From an uncultured Actinomycetota bacterium (GTDB lineage: Bacteria; Actinomycetota; Actinomycetes; Streptosporangiales; Streptosporangiaceae): DNA of 64,000 nucleotides. The translations under genes and the position numbers were made by a program. Positions within the stretch are counted from its first letter, which is position 1; the number at the start of each line of letters is the position of its first letter. Shown here piece after piece: positions 8,808-17,673 of this stretch. Where the stretch lies: positions 1,248 through 65,247 of the forward strand of contig CAVQCR010000013.1 in the NCBI GenBank assembly GCA_963711055.1. The letters are read 5' to 3'. The notes below the pieces were generated by a model, which saw nothing but the letters and a program-made list of their open reading frames with translations, was not told the DNA's origin and made no database searches.

Positions 8808-9887
8808 ATGGGTGATCGTGGCCGACTCAAGTTCAGTCCAGGGCCCAGGCTGTTGAACCGAGGTCCGCAAAGCATGGAGCAAGTCGAAGTGCCGCTCGCC
8901 CATGCTCCGGGGCGCGCCAGTTCAGCTCCGTCGGGCGGTCCGAGTGCTCAGTCGGCGGTGGCGGTCGAGCACCTGACCAAGCATTTCGGGGACAGGGTGG
9001 CCTTCGAGGACGTGTCGTTCCGGGTCGGCTACGGAGAAGTGTTCGGCTTCCTCGGGCCGAACGGGGCAGGGAAGAGCACGACGGTGCGGACGCTCGGCAC
9101 GCTGCTCGCGCCGACCTCGGGCGCAGCGACGGTGGCCGGCATCGAGTTGCGTCCCGAGAACGGCCCGGCGATTCGCTCCCGGATCTCGGTCATGCCGGAG
9201 TCTCCCGGTCTCTACCTCCGCCTCACGGCAGCCGAGAACCTCGAATGCTTCGCCCGGCTCTACCGGCTGTCCGACCCGCATGAGCGCGTCGACCGGGCAC
9301 TGCAGGCGGTCAACCTGACCGAGAGGGCCAGCGATCTGTGCCGCTCGCTCTCCAAGGGCCTCCGGCAGCGGGTGGCGCTGGCCAGGGCGCTGCTCAGCGA
9401 CCCGGCCGTGCTCTTCCTGGGCGAGCCGACCTCCGGGCTCGACCCGGTCGCTACCAGAGAGGTCCACGACCTCATCGCAGCGCTCAGGGACCGCGGCGTG
9501 ACCATCTTCTTGACCACCCACCGCCTCGAGGAGGCCGAGCGGCTCTGTGACCGCGTCGCCATCCTCAACACGACGATCCGCCTGGTGGGCCGTCCCGACG
9601 AGCTGCGCGCCCAGCTGTTCAACACAAGCATCGAGATCCGGCTGCGCGCCGATCTCGCCGACCCCGCCTCCTTGTTCACCGGTGCTCTCGGGGTCGAGAG
9701 CTGGGAGACACAAGCCTCCGGCTCCTACCTGCTGACCGTGTCGGATCCCGACGCTGCCGCGCCCGGGGTCGCCCGGGCCCTCGTGCACGCCGGCGCGGAC
9801 ATCCTCGCGATCACCGAGTCCCGCCACTCCCTCGAAGACGTCTACCTGCAGCTCGTCGACGAGGACGTGGAGGCGAAGAAACGATGA
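8808..9887 (+). CDS. ABC transporter ATP-binding protein (cassette 1); Walker B reads FLGEPT instead of FLDEPT
   Basis: Walker A GPNGAGKST, signature LSKGLRQR, H-loop TTHRLEE. Close paralogue of 17674-18750. The start may be Met at 8874. Confidence 0.9.
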   Translation: MGDRGRLKFSPGPRLLNRGPQSMEQVEVPLAHAPGRASSAPSGGPSAQSAVAVEHLTKHFGDRVAFEDVSFRVGYGEVFGFLGPNGAGKSTTVRTLGTLLAPTSGAATVAGIELRPENGPAIRSRISVMPESPGLYLRLTAAENLECFARLYRLSDPHERVDRALQAVNLTERASDLCRSLSKGLRQRVALARALLSDPAVLFLGEPTSGLDPVATREVHDLIAALRDRGVTIFLTTHRLEEAERLCDRVAILNTTIRLVGRPDELRAQLFNTSIEIRLRADLADPASLFTGALGVESWETQASGSYLLTVSDPDAAAPGVARALVHAGADILAITESRHSLEDVYLQLVDEDVEAKKR

Positions 9888-10618
9888 GCTTCAGCTGGGC
9901 CAGGGCCGGGGCGATCCTGCAGAAGGAGCTGCGCGACTACCGGCGCAACCGGTACGTCATCTACACCATGGCGTTCCTGCCGCTCATCTTCCTGGCGATC
10001 CCCATCGTCGAGCTCTTCGCGGTCCACGTCGCGGCGGCGAGCGCCAAGTTCGATGCCCGCATCGGGCTCTCCCTGCTCTACATGCTGATCGAGCCGGCCA
10101 TCATCCCCTCCGTCCTGTCCGCCTACTCCGTAGTCGGAGAACGCGAGCAGGGCACGCTTGAACCAGTCCTCACCACCCCCATCCGGCGTGAGGAGTTCCT
10201 CGTCGGCAAGGCCCTGGCCGCGTTCCTCCCCGCCCTCCTTGTCGCGTACGTCATCTTCGGGGTCTTCCTCGGGGCCATCGCCCTGTTCGCCCACCCCGCC
10301 ATCGCCTCCGCGGTCTTCGAACGCGACCACCTCCTCATCCAGTTCCTGTTCACCCCGCTCGTCGCCGGCTGGTCGGTCTGGGCCGGCATCGCCATCTCCA
10401 CCCGGGTCAGCGACGTCCGCGCCGCCCAGCAACTCGCCACCGCCGCCAGCCTGCCGCCCCTCGGCATCGTGGCCCTCATGCAGTTCAACGTCGTCACCCC
10501 CTCGCTCGGCCTCGCCCTCGGCCTCGCCGCAGCCCTCCTGGTGATCGACGGGCTGGCCTGGCGTGTCGTGGCCACCATGTTCAACCGCGAACGCCTCGTT
10601 ACCGGTGGCCGGAGTTGA
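9884..10618 (+). CDS. ABC-2 type transporter permease (cassette 1)
   Basis: 244 aa with about 6 hydrophobic segments. ATGA start/stop overlap with the ATPase. Paralogue of 18747-19481. Confidence 0.9.
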   Translation: MSFSWARAGAILQKELRDYRRNRYVIYTMAFLPLIFLAIPIVELFAVHVAAASAKFDARIGLSLLYMLIEPAIIPSVLSAYSVVGEREQGTLEPVLTTPIRREEFLVGKALAAFLPALLVAYVIFGVFLGAIALFAHPAIASAVFERDHLLIQFLFTPLVAGWSVWAGIAISTRVSDVRAAQQLATAASLPPLGIVALMQFNVVTPSLGLALGLAAALLVIDGLAWRVVATMFNRERLVTGGRS

Positions 10619-10682
10619 CGCATCCAATGCTCGCAACAACGAAAACTGCCCCAACGGAGCTGCATGGAAAAGGAGGCGGACG

Positions 10683-10988
10683 GTGTCGGCAACCCTCAAG
10701 CTGATCCGAGAAGGGGTCGGCATGGAGCTTCGACGCGGAACGTTCGACGTCTTGGTCGACGGGAAGAGTGCCGTATCGATCGAACGGCACGATGCGGTCG
10801 AGGTGCCCATCGATCCCGGACGTCACACCATTCGGATTCGGGCTGGGAGATACTCAAGCCAAAATCACAGCTTTGAGGCATCAGATGACGAGACAATCAC
10901 GTTCCGTCTTCGCGGCGCGATGATGTGGCCTCGCTACGTCGCATCCATCGTCAAGCCTGATCTGGCAATCGCGCTACGGCGCGAATAG
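10683..10988 (+). CDS. Small protein S1 (101 aa) of an unrecognised family linked to the ABC-2 permeases
   Basis: GTG start 7 nt after AAAGGAGG. Shares the motifs SATL[KR]L, RRGTFDV.VDG, DPGRH, GRYSS, F R-x-x-G and the C-terminal IVKPDL.I.LRRE with 19549-19860 and 19987-20292. Confidence 0.75.
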   Translation: MSATLKLIREGVGMELRRGTFDVLVDGKSAVSIERHDAVEVPIDPGRHTIRIRAGRYSSQNHSFEASDDETITFRLRGAMMWPRYVASIVKPDLAIALRRE

Positions 10989-10989
10989 T

Positions 10990-11221
10990 CCCGATGGTAG
11001 AAGGCAACGTTTTCGCCTCGGCTGCCTCGAAGGGCGCAGTTCGGCTCGAGTTTCGGCCATTGCAGATTTTCGGGTGCGACGTCCAGGTTCCACTGGCGCC
11101 TCGAAAGTATCGTGCAATTCAGACGACCCGACAGACCATCGACCACGACGTCGAACGTGCCATGACGGACCTCCACGCCGCTTGTTTTGCGCGCAGGACG
11201 TATTGCGAGCCTCAGGACCAT
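10990..11221 (-). pseudogene. Degenerate copy (S2) of the small-protein family
   Basis: MVLRLAIRPARKTSGVEVRHGTFDVVVDG matches the family N-terminus, but the PGRH and GRxSS motifs are eroded. The 3' end runs antisense into S1. Confidence 0.35.
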
Positions 11222-11591
11222 GCCGACTTCACCGTGGCCGGGGACATCTGCGTCTGGCCCGATGCCGCCCTCATCACCCCCCTGATCACCATCCCGTGCG
11301 TGGCAGCGACCAGTAAAGTGGCGGGTTCCCGTCAACCGGACATCGACTCTACCGTGAGACCGCGCTATCACCGGCGGGCCTGGCCAAAGCCGCTGCCGGC
11401 CCTGCGCTTTCCGCCCGGGCGAAGGTCCCGGCACCGCGGGACCAAAGGCGCTGGTCCCTGGCCGGACGGCATGGCATTCCTAATACAGGCAATCTCACCC
11501 GGCTCTAGCCTGCTGCCGGCCAGGAGGCGTCATGGCAGCAGCGATGCCTGCCGCCCTCCGGACTGCCAGTGATATCCAGGAGCACAGAATT

Positions 11592-12074
11592 ATGAGTCAC
11601 GATGGTGAAAAATCCGATGTTGTCGCGGCAAGAAGGGGCGGAGCGACTATCCGACTGTGGCAGACCCCGAGTCGAGTTTGGCCCGCGTATCCGACCGTGG
11701 CTGTAATCCGGGCCGCATCCCGGCTCGGCCGGGCCCAGCGCCGGAGCCCTGCAGTCGGTGGTGTCAGCGTCTTCCTCGACGGCGCGAAGGTGGGCGCCAT
11801 CTCGCCCAAGCAGATTAAGGTGTACCGGGTCTCACCTGGGGACCATTCCTTGAGTATTCACTTCCTCGGGGGCTTGCGGCGGTCGAGGAAACTCGATGTT
11901 CCTCTAGCCGAGGGCGAGGAGAAGCAGTTCGTCTGTTTGCTGAACGGGTGGGCGTGGCCCTCTATCCGGCCCGCCACTGCCAAGGATGTCGATGTAATGG
12001 AACGGTGGCAGTCTCCGGCTGTTGACGCCTCGGACTTGGCTGATGACGATTCGAGATCCGAGACGACCCCATGA
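11592..12074 (+). CDS. Divergent, longer (160 aa) relative (S3) of the small-protein family
   Basis: ATG after AGGAG. Core VSVFLDGAKVGAISPKQIKVYRVSPGDHSLSI...EGEEKQFVC parallels VDG...PGRH...F.C of the family. Has extra N- and C-terminal tails. Confidence 0.5.
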   Translation: MSHDGEKSDVVAARRGGATIRLWQTPSRVWPAYPTVAVIRAASRLGRAQRRSPAVGGVSVFLDGAKVGAISPKQIKVYRVSPGDHSLSIHFLGGLRRSRKLDVPLAEGEEKQFVCLLNGWAWPSIRPATAKDVDVMERWQSPAVDASDLADDDSRSETTP

Positions 12075-12107
12075 GCAGCGAGTCCAGAACTGGGACCTGG
12101 CAATTGG

Positions 12108-12317
12108 TCACCTGAAACGAGCTCCCGGCCCCGAGAATCGGCCGTCACGGATCTTCAGGGTGTGAGGTTCAGGTGCGACTGCCGCCTCGAAAGAGTCGTG
12201 CACTCCAAACGATCCGACGCGTTCACCGTCGGCTATGACGTTGAACGTGTCACGGCGGACTTCGGGGAGGTCACGGGGCGGTTCCCTCGTTAACTCGGCG
12301 GTTGCCGACGTTGCACT
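12108..12317 (-). pseudogene. Truncated copy (S4) of the small-protein family
   Basis: Translates SATAELTREPPRDLPEVRRDTFNVIADGERVGSFGVHDSFEAAVAPEPHTLKIRDGRFSG then a stop. The start region is frameshifted relative to the GTG. Lies 50 nt downstream of the permease relic. Confidence 0.55.
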
Positions 12318-12366
12318 CTGTTCTCTTTGACATTTGGGTTTGGTCCGCTGCTACGAGATGAAAGGC

Positions 12367-12691
12367 TCAGCTTCGACCACCAGTAATGAGGCGTTCGCGG
12401 TCGAACATCGCGGCCACTGCCCGCATCCGAGGACGTCGACGGCCAGGAGGGCGGTGGCGAGTGCGGGCGCCAGTGCGAGGGTCGGCGCGATCACGTTGAA
12501 GGACATCAGCGCGATGATGGCGAGCGGGGGAGGCTGGCCAGCGTGCCGAGCTGCTGGGCGGCGCGCACGTCGACCGAGCGGGGGGAGATGGCGATGCCTG
12601 CCCAGATCGACCAGCCGGCCAGGAGCGGCGTGAAGAGCAACTGGACGAGGAGGTGGGAGCCCTCGAACACGGCGGAGGCGGCATCTAGCAA
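12367..12691 (-). pseudogene. 3' relic of a third ABC-2 permease (cassette 3), spread over three frames
   Basis: Fragments SAVFEGSHLLVQLLFTPLLAGWSIWAGIAISPRSVDVRAAQQL, LAIIALMSFNVIAPTLALAPALATALLAVD and AMFDRERLITGGRS align with the C-terminal third of 9884-10618 and 18747-19481. Confidence 0.75.
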
Positions 12692-12770
12692 ACGGTGCTG
12701 TCTGCCGACGGGACGATCCGGATAGCTTCCGCTGGGCTGGCCGGCCGGTCACCCGGCCAGCCCGGGTTGC

Positions 12771-13944
12771 TCACTTCCGACGCGGCCCGACACTGGCCGG
12801 CCGGGGCAGCGGGCAAGCGGCGGGCAGCTCACCGGGTTCGATGCGGAGGCGGGGCAGGATCCGGTCGAGCCAGGCGGGCACCCACCAGTTGGCCCGCCCC
12901 AGGACGTGCATCACCGTCGGCGCCAGGACGGTCCGAATGAGGTAGGCGTCGACGAAGATGGCGGCGGCGAAGCCTAGGCCGATCTGCTGTATGGGCAGCT
13001 GGCCGCCGATGATGAACGACGCGAACACCAGGATCGGGATCAGCGAGGCGGCGGTGATGACCCGGCCGGTCTCGGCCTGGCCCCGGATCACCGCGCGTTT
13101 GCTGTCGCCGGTGAGCGTCCACTCTTCGTGCATGTGGCTGATGAGGAAGACCTCGTAGTCGGTGGACAGGCCGAAGAGGATGGCGAACATGATCGACGGG
13201 ATCCAGTTTGTCATCGGCGCCGCCTGGCTGAATCCAGCACCGACTTGCCCCAGCCGAACTGGAACGCGGCGGTCATCACGCCCACCGCTACACCGAACGA
13301 CAGCAGATTCATGACCGTTGCCACCAGCGGGATGAGCAGGCTACGGAACACGACCATGAGCAGCAGGAAGGCCACTCCGACGACAATGCCCACGAACAGG
13401 GGCAGGTTGGAGCTCAGGTCGTGGGTGTAGCCCTCGTTGGCTGCGGTGGTACCGCCGATGTGGATCTGAAGGGCGCTGCCGGCTTCGGCCCGGGGGATGC
13501 CGGCCGCAGCCGGTCGAGCAGGGTGGTGGTCGCGGCGTCTTGTGGTCCGGTGGTCGGGTACACCTCAGCGACCGCGGCCTTGCCGTTCGGGCTGAGTACC
13601 GGCGGCACGACCCCGGCCACGCCGTGCTCATACCGGGTCGAGGTGGTGAACGCCGCGAAGCGTGCGCGGTCGGCGGGGCTGTCGATCTGGCCGACTAGCA
13701 CCAGGGGCCCGTTGAAACCGGGGCCGAACCCTGAACTGACCGTCGCGGCGAGCGCAGAACCAGCGTTCTGGATGTGGCCGTCAAGATGTAGGCCCCGCCA
13801 GTTTGCAGTTCGCCCGGTTTTGGAACGGTGTTTCTGCCTGCTCTCGGTGGCCGTCGAAGGTGATGGCGGAAGCGGCGGCCTGGCCTTGACGGGGTGACTT
13901 ACTGGCGAGGCGGACTTGCCGCGGCTGAGTACAGAGATCGGCAC
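12771..13944 (-). pseudogene. MMPL/RND-type transporter, C-terminal half only, in at least three frames
   Basis: FGLSTDYEVFLISHMHEE and IFVDAYLIRTVLAPTVMHVLGRANWWVPAWLDR (12771-13214). LIPLVATVMNLLSFGVAVGVM (13211-13393). Periplasmic-loop-like segment at 13414-13800. Confidence 0.75.
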
Positions 13945-13967
13945 GTCGTGGCGGTGATGACGCTGCG

Positions 13968-14324
13968 TTAGCTGCCGAATTCGTGGGAGCCGAAGGTCCA
14001 GATGTTCCCCTCTTGATCGCGGGCGCTGTACCCGCGCTGCGCGCCGTTGGGTGTGGAGTGTGGTTCATTCAGGACGTGACCGCCGCGGTCGACCGTTGTC
14101 CTATAGTGCGCGTCGGGATCGGAGACCCGTACGTAGGTCCAGGCATTGCCGACGTGACTACCGTGCAAGGCCTCCTGCTGATCCGTCTGAGCGACGGCCA
14201 CCCCGCCGTTGCACTGGATCTCGGCGACGTCCTCGCTCAGCCAGACGATCCGCAGCTCGAACACCTCGGCCAGCTCGGCCATCGCGTTGTGCATGTCCGC
14301 GTAGGTCAGCAACGGGCAGATCAT
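13968..14324 (-). CDS. Glyoxalase/bleomycin-resistance (VOC) family protein
   Basis: ATG at 14324 preceded by GGAGGAAC. 118 aa with a VOC-like C-terminus (GYSARDQEGNIWTFGS). Confidence 0.75.
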   Translation of the reverse strand: MICPLLTYADMHNAMAELAEVFELRIVWLSEDVAEIQCNGGVAVAQTDQQEALHGSHVGNAWTYVRVSDPDAHYRTTVDRGGHVLNEPHSTPNGAQRGYSARDQEGNIWTFGSHEFGS

Positions 14325-14373
14325 TGAGTTCCTCCTAGAGCGACCGGCGGCCCTGCTGGCCAGTGAGCCGCAG

Positions 14374-14963
14374 TTACCTAACGACCCGGTAGGTGATGTG
14401 CGTGACGTGCGGGTTCCCGGAGGCCTCGGTGACAAGGAGCTCGACCGGCTTGGTCAGATGATCGAAGAGCCGGATCCCGCGTCCTAGCACCACGGGCACG
14501 AGGTCGATGTGAATCGCATCGAGAAGCCCGAGTTGCAGGCACTGCTGGGTGACGCTGGGCGCGCCGACGACGACGTCCTTGTCGCCTGCGATCTCCCGCG
14601 CTACGTCAATGGCCCTAGGGACTCCCTCGGTGACGAACGTGAAGGGCGATCCCTCGCGGTCCGCCCATTCCTGGGGGACCCTGTGGGTCACGACGACCAT
14701 CGGCACGTTCATGGGGTGCTTGCCGCCCCACGCGTGTGAAATGTCGAAGGTCCGCCGCGCGGTCACCAGCACGCCGGCGCCCGGCCGGCTTCCTCGATGA
14801 GCTCGGCGGCTTCACGCGTCATCCCGGTCGCATGGTCGCCGTCCATGACCTCGGCGTCGATGCCTCCGGACGAATACCACTTGAAGACGTGTTCTACCCC
14901 GTCATCGGGATCAGCGACGAAGCCGTCGAGTGACATCGAAAATCCGGCGATTACCTCGCTCAT
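14374..14963 (-). pseudogene. Dihydrofolate-reductase-like (RibD C-terminal domain) protein with a frameshift near 14775-14790
   Basis: N-terminal part MSEVIAGFSMSLDGFVADPDDG in one frame. Continuation VLVTARRTFD...VVVTHRVP...VVGAPSVTQQCLQLGLLDAIHIDLVPVVLGRGIRLFD in another. Confidence 0.7.
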
Positions 14964-15025
14964 CTGATGGCCTCCTGTCTGTGCGAGTGGCTTGGCATTC
15001 CCGACCAGGCAGCACCTCTAAGCCG

Positions 15026-15053
15026 ATATATATTCTCTATAGAGAATATATAT
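15026..15053. promoter_or_regulatory. Perfect 28-bp palindrome ATATATATTCTCTA|TAGAGAATATATAT, candidate ArsR operator
   Basis: Read directly. AT-only island in a GC-rich genome, 21 nt upstream of the GTG at 15074 and 63 nt from the divergent gene start at 14963. Confidence 0.6.
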
Positions 15054-15073
15054 GTGGAGGGATACTTTGTCTC

Positions 15074-15919
15074 GTGGATGACGTCATCTTCGCAGCGCTT
15101 GCCGAGCGCAACCGCCTGCGGATCGTCGAGCTGCTCAACCAGGCGCCACGATGGGTCGGTGGGATCGCCGCCGAGCTCGGGCTTCGCCAGCCCCAGGTGA
15201 CCAAGCACCTGAAGACCCTGCAGCACGCGGGCCTGGTCACGATGCATCCGCTCGGCCAGCGCCGCATCTACGCGCTGCGACGGGAGCCCCTCCGGGAGCT
15301 GCGCCGATGGCTCGACGCGCTCGACACGGCGCAGCCGGCAGAACACGCGCTCCAGCGGTACGTCACCGCGATCGACAGCGAGCGCGCCCAGGCCGCGCTC
15401 GAACCCGGATGGGCCGTTGGCCGCCGGATCCGCCTGCAGCGGCAACTGCCAGCCCCGGCCAGTGACGTGTGGGCCTACTGGACGAGCGCGGCACTGGTAC
15501 GCCAGTGGTGGAGCCCCGAGCACTTCGATGTCGCCGAATGTGACATCGACCCGGTGCCCGGCGGGCGGCTGGCGATCACCATGCGAGCAGCCGACGGCGG
15601 CCGCTATCCCAGCCGCGGGCACTTCCTCACCGTCAGCCCGCCTCAGCGGCTTCGCTTCGAGCTCTCCCACCTCGCAGCCGACGACACGCCCGTGTTCACC
15701 GCCATCCACGACCTGCATCTCACCGATCACGGACAGCGCACCCAGCTCAATCTCGCGATCCGCATCACCGCGGCCAGCGTGGCAGCACCCGCCGCCATAG
15801 CGGGCATCCATCTCGGCTGGGAGCAGCTGCTCAGCAAGCTCACCCGCACGCTCGCCCGCGGCACCCAGCATCAGTCCCCGCCCTGCAAACAGCAGCAGTC
15901 CCCGCCCGGCGGACCCTAA
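15074..15919 (+). CDS. ArsR family regulator fused to an SRPBCC/AHSA1-like domain
   Basis: ArsR HTH RLRIVELLNQAPRWVGGIAAELGLRQPQVTKHLKTLQHAGLV. C-terminal half is Aha1/SRPBCC-like (VWAYWTSAALVRQWWSPEHFDV). The last roughly 25 aa are Gln/Pro-rich and may be read-through. Confidence 0.85.
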   Translation: MDDVIFAALAERNRLRIVELLNQAPRWVGGIAAELGLRQPQVTKHLKTLQHAGLVTMHPLGQRRIYALRREPLRELRRWLDALDTAQPAEHALQRYVTAIDSERAQAALEPGWAVGRRIRLQRQLPAPASDVWAYWTSAALVRQWWSPEHFDVAECDIDPVPGGRLAITMRAADGGRYPSRGHFLTVSPPQRLRFELSHLAADDTPVFTAIHDLHLTDHGQRTQLNLAIRITAASVAAPAAIAGIHLGWEQLLSKLTRTLARGTQHQSPPCKQQQSPPGGP

Positions 15920-16233
15920 GCCCCAGAACGAGGGCAGGGCGAAGGTCACCTGGCAGGCCTTGGCGGCGACGTAGGTCGCGCGGCAGGGCAGCGACTGCGA
16001 AGGCCAGCAGGGATGCCATGTTGATGATCGCCCCTGAGCCGCGCGACGCGGCGGATGGTCGCATAGCCGGCGCCGTATGGCCAGAGCATGCTCCCGGCCG
16101 CACCGCCGGCGCCCGGACTCCCCGATCCGCGCGCCGATCCTGCCATCCGCTTCGTCACCACTGGATTGTCAGACGCGCTGGCGCGGGCGACGGCCGCGGC
16201 CGGGGACGCTAACGTGGTGATCTTCGGCGCCAA
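15905..16233 (-). pseudogene. Short-chain dehydrogenase (SDR) fragment, multiply frameshifted
   Basis: GAIINMASLLAF and the catalytic YVAAK (YxxxK) lie in different frames. No intact N-terminal Rossmann motif. Confidence 0.3.
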
Positions 16234-16400
16234 CCTCGATCAGCAGTGCCTGACCCGCAGACGAGCTTGTCGAGGTCCTGGTGCATATTGCGCCCGTGCT
16301 TATCGGTTCGGGCATTTCCGCGTTCACTGCCGCCGTGTCCGGGGCGGCGGGCCTTCGATGTGCTGGAGCCATCCACGGCCGACCAGATGACGACGATACG
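16150..16400 (+). pseudogene. RibD_C/DHFR-like C-terminal fragment, frameshifted
   Basis: ANVVIFGANLDQQCL followed in another frame by VHIAPVLIGSGISAF. This parallels VVGAPSVTQQCLQLGLLDAIHIDLVPVVLGRGIRLF of 14374-14963. Confidence 0.3.
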
Positions 16401-16503
16401 CCTGGCGCCCGCCCAGGGCAGCCTGCCGGGGCGGGCGCGCCTAGGCCAAGCCCTTCCTTCGCCCGACCGCGCCGCGCCGCCGGTGGCGCTGTAGCAGGCG
16501 CTC

Positions 16504-16905
16504 ATGACCGTCCCGTGGTCGCTGACGTCACTGAACGACGCCCAGTTCGGGCCCAACGCCATGCGCCACTTCGAGCAGTCCCTCGCCGCGCTGGTCGGGA
16601 CCGGGCTCCCGGCAACGGCCACATTCGAGCTGATCGCCGTCGTCGACGACTACGTGTCCGGCAACGCCCTGCACGCCGTCGAGGCCCTGTCCCGCGCCAG
16701 GCTGGCCGAGGCCGACCCGGCTATGACCGCCGCCGCGGTTGCGCACGGCATCGCCCAGCTCCAGGCCGGGGACTTCCCCCAGCTCAGCGTGCTCTACGCC
16801 GAAGCCGCCAGCAACCCGGCCGCCGAGCCGCCGGCGCCGCCGATGACTGAATCAGCCCTCGCCGCCCAGTACGAGCGCGGCCTCGGTGAGCGCGGTCAGG
16901 GGTGA
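16504..16905 (+). pseudogene. TetR-type C-terminal ligand-domain fragment lacking the HTH
   Basis: Helical TetR_C-like sequence (FELIAVVDDYVSGNALHAVEAL) with no N-terminal DNA-binding domain. Confidence 0.4.
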
Positions 16906-17528
16906 TGGCGCGTCTCGATGCGGGTCGCCAAGTCGAAGGTGGTGGCGATCTCTTTCGCGTAGCTGTCGATGTCGAGTTCCGGATTGAGGGTCAGCCGGGA
17001 CGGCACGGCGTCGATGACGGCTCGGATCGTTACTGCCATGACGCGGGGCTCGAAGTCGGGGCGGAACTGGCCGGCTTTCTGGAAGCCGGCGAGCAGGTGC
17101 TCAAGGGCGCGGACTGCGTCGTCCACGTCGCTGTCGCCGTAGAAGATGCGTCGGCCGTCGGGGGCGCGCGCGATTTCGACCATCGCGATCAGGTCCTTGC
17201 GGTGCTCGCTCATGTACGCGAGGTTCGATTCGATGTAGGCCCGCAGCATGGTCGGGCCGGTTGAGTGGGCGACGATGCGCGGACGCATGTAGGCAATGCC
17301 CTGCTGGACCACTTCGTGGACGACCTGCCTGATGAGGTCGTCCTTGCCGGCGAAGTGGTAGCTGATCAGGCCCCGGCTGATCCCCAGTCTGTCAGCGATG
17401 CGGGCGAAGGACGCTCCCGCATAGCCGAACTCGGCGATGGTGTCGATCGCGGCCGCCACGATCTGCGCCCGCCGGGCGGTCTCGATGAAGGTCCGGTTCT
17501 CGCCGCCGGCCGCGGCTCCTGGCTGCAT
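16896..17528 (-). CDS. TetR family transcriptional regulator, divergent from ABC cassette 2
   Basis: HTH FGYAGASFARIADRLGISRGLISYHFAGKDDL. ATG at 17528; the track TTG at 17537 is an alternative start. Confidence 0.9.
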   Translation of the reverse strand: MQPGAAAGGENRTFIETARRAQIVAAAIDTIAEFGYAGASFARIADRLGISRGLISYHFAGKDDLIRQVVHEVVQQGIAYMRPRIVAHSTGPTMLRAYIESNLAYMSEHRKDLIAMVEIARAPDGRRIFYGDSDVDDAVRALEHLLAGFQKAGQFRPDFEPRVMAVTIRAVIDAVPSRLTLNPELDIDSYAKEIATTFDLATRIETRHHP

Positions 17529-17673
17529 GACCAACAAACTAGCAACATGCCCAGCCGGTCTGCTACCGTCCAGCTATGCGCGCCACGGAACTAGCGTCGT
17601 ACGTCCGCGATGAGAGGCGGAGGTCGACGGGCGAGGCGCGACGAGACCCGCCGGGCACCCGGCCGACCAGCAC

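Noticed and set aside
17538-17673. Operator for the TetR divergent from ABC cassette 2
   Set aside because: Only weak elements were seen: a TAGCA..TGCTA pair 17 nt apart and an AACTAGC direct repeat. This is not convincing enough to call.
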